NCBI RefSeq assembly: GCF_000007985.2
Contig: NC_002939.5
Coordinates: forward strand, 840,001-872,000
Source of the DNA: Geobacter sulfurreducens PCA
GTDB lineage: Bacteria > Desulfobacterota > Desulfuromonadia > Geobacterales > Geobacteraceae
Length of the DNA: 32,000 nucleotides
Reading direction: 5' to 3'
Shown here: positions 30,868-32,000 of the stretch, piece after piece
How the letters are laid out: each line of letters starts with the position of its first letter
Position numbering within the stretch: position 1 is the stretch's first letter
Translations under genes and position numbers: made by a program
Notes under the pieces: generated by a model
Database searches by the model: none
What the model was told of the DNA's origin: nothing
Seen by the model: only the letters and a program-made list of their open reading frames with translations

Positions 30868-32000
30868 CTATCCCGTCACGGGCAGTTCGATGACGAACTT
30901 GGTCCCCCGGGGCTCGTTGTCCCGCACCCGGATGAACCCGTGATGGTCGGTGATGATGCTGCTGACGATGGCGAGCCCCAGGCCGGTGCCCGACGCCTTG
31001 GTGGAGAAGTAGGGCTCGAAGACCCGCGTCTTGTCCTCCGGGGGGATGCCCGGCCCCGTATCGGCCACGGTCACCACCGCCATTTTCAGCTCCGGATCGA
31101 AGCGGCTCATGATCCGGACCTCGCCCGTCCCCCCCATGGCCGCCACGGCGTTGTCCAGGAGGTTGATGAAGACCCGCTTGATCTGGTCCCGGTCCAGCTG
31201 CAGCAGGGGCAGCCGGTCGTCGGCGCTGAAGCCGAACGCGACGCCGCGGTGCCCTTCCCGGAAGAGGGTGACTGCCTCGCGGATGACGGCGTTCAGGTCG
31301 TTGGGGGAGGGATGGGCCGCAGGCATCCGGGCGAAGTTGGAGAACTCGTCCACCAGGGTCTTCAGTTCGTCAACGGATTTGACGATCATGGCCGTGCACT
31401 CGTCAAAGACCCGGTCTTCGTCGCCGAAGCGGGGAAGGTAGCGCTTGCGCAGCCGTTGGGCCGAGAGCTGGATCGGGGTCAGCGGATTCTTGATCTCGTG
31501 GGCGATGCGGCGGGCCACCTCGCGCCAGGCGGCCATCCGCTGGGCCTTGATCAACTGGGTCATGTCGTCGAAGACCACCACGGTGCCGAGGAATTCGCCG
31601 CTCTCGTCCCGCAGGACCGACAGGTTGAAGAGGAACGTCGCCCGGCTGTCCCGCACCGGCACCGTGATCTGGCGGCTGATGCTGTCCTTCTTGGCCATGA
31701 CCATGTCCCGCAGGACCCCCTTCACGATGTCGAGCTGCTCTCCCTTGAGCACCTCCCGGAAGTTGTGGCCCACGGCCCGGGGCATGTCGATCTGCAGGAG
31801 CCGGGCCGCTGAGGGGTTGATGGTGGTTATCGTCCCCCCCCGGTCCACGGCGATGACCCCGGCAGCCACGTTGCGGAGCACAATTTCCATATGGCGCCGC
31901 CGCTGTTCCAGTTCCTGGTTGCTGCGCGACAACTCGTCGTTGGCGTTTTTCAGGGCCAGCTGGTTGCTTCGCAGGTCGTCGGTCATCTTGTTGAAGGCGG
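30868..32000 (-). CDS. ntrY: Sensor histidine kinase, NtrY-like (HAMP end, PAS, HisKA, HATPase_c); 5' end lies beyond the window
   Basis: H-box AHEIKNPLTPIQLSAQRL, N-box INLLDNAV, G-boxes DTGPGI and GTGLGL. The frame stays open upstream of the Met at 31986 (...AFNKMTDDL, a HAMP-type motif), so the gene is truncated by the window edge. Confidence 0.88.
   Translation of the reverse strand, partial: AFNKMTDDLRSNQLALKNANDELSRSNQELEQRRRHMEIVLRNVAAGVIAVDRGGTITTINPSAARLLQIDMPRAVGHNFREVLKGEQLDIVKGVLRDMVMAKKDSISRQITVPVRDSRATFLFNLSVLRDESGEFLGTVVVFDDMTQLIKAQRMAAWREVARRIAHEIKNPLTPIQLSAQRLRKRYLPRFGDEDRVFDECTAMIVKSVDELKTLVDEFSNFARMPAAHPSPNDLNAVIREAVTLFREGHRGVAFGFSADDRLPLLQLDRDQIKRVFINLLDNAVAAMGGTGEVRIMSRFDPELKMAVVTVADTGPGIPPEDKTRVFEPYFSTKASGTGLGLAIVSSIITDHHGFIRVRDNEPRGTKFVIELPVTG

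Noticed and set aside
1-32000. Mobile elements, CRISPR arrays, tRNA/rRNA genes and defence-system hallmarks.
   Set aside because: I found no repeat-spacer periodicity, terminal inverted repeats, transposase or integrase motifs, or tRNA-like cloverleaf sequences while reading both strands. fxsA is the only phage-related name, and it is a common housekeeping membrane protein.

Overview
High-GC chromosomal window with a dense, mostly ordinary gene set. The gene content resembles Geobacter/Desulfuromonadales, but that is inference from content only. I saw no tRNA/rRNA genes, CRISPR arrays, IS elements or phage genes.

Plus-strand block (1-8.4 kb):
- An FdhD-MobA fusion gene, followed by a tatA copy.
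- A conspicuously AT-rich ~0.5 kb spacer.
- A complete periplasmic Hyb-type [NiFe] hydrogenase operon: hybS, hybA, hybB, hybL and the maturation protease.
- A second tatA paralog and a small membrane ORF.

Minus-strand block (8.5-27.8 kb):
- An orphan receiver, an outer-membrane barrel, a YkgJ Cys-cluster protein and an NRDE/TANGO2-like protein.
- A sulfur-handling cluster: rhodanese, CoA-disulfide-reductase-rhodanese fusion, NosL-like protein.
- A polar amino-acid ABC operon carrying appended MarC and thioesterase genes.
- An alginate-export-type porin, an SDR, ppsA, wrbA and fxsA.
- An orphan citX-citG pair.
- A cNMP-like/degenerate-GGDEF protein co-oriented with a beta-carbonic anhydrase.

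Right end: an OmpA-family protein with two tandem peptidoglycan-binding domains, then a convergent NtrX/NtrY-like two-component pair. ntrY runs off the window edge.

Most worth a second look:
- The CitX-CitG prosthetic-group machinery with no visible substrate enzyme.
- The GGDTF-variant GGDEF protein coupled to carbonic anhydrase.
- The rhodanese/CoADR-RHD/NosL cluster.
- The AT-rich island upstream of hybS, with a Shine-Dalgarno-equipped 64-aa ORF.
- An unexplained ~360 bp non-coding stretch at 14.3-14.6 kb.

All family calls come from motifs read by eye in the supplied translations. No searches were run.
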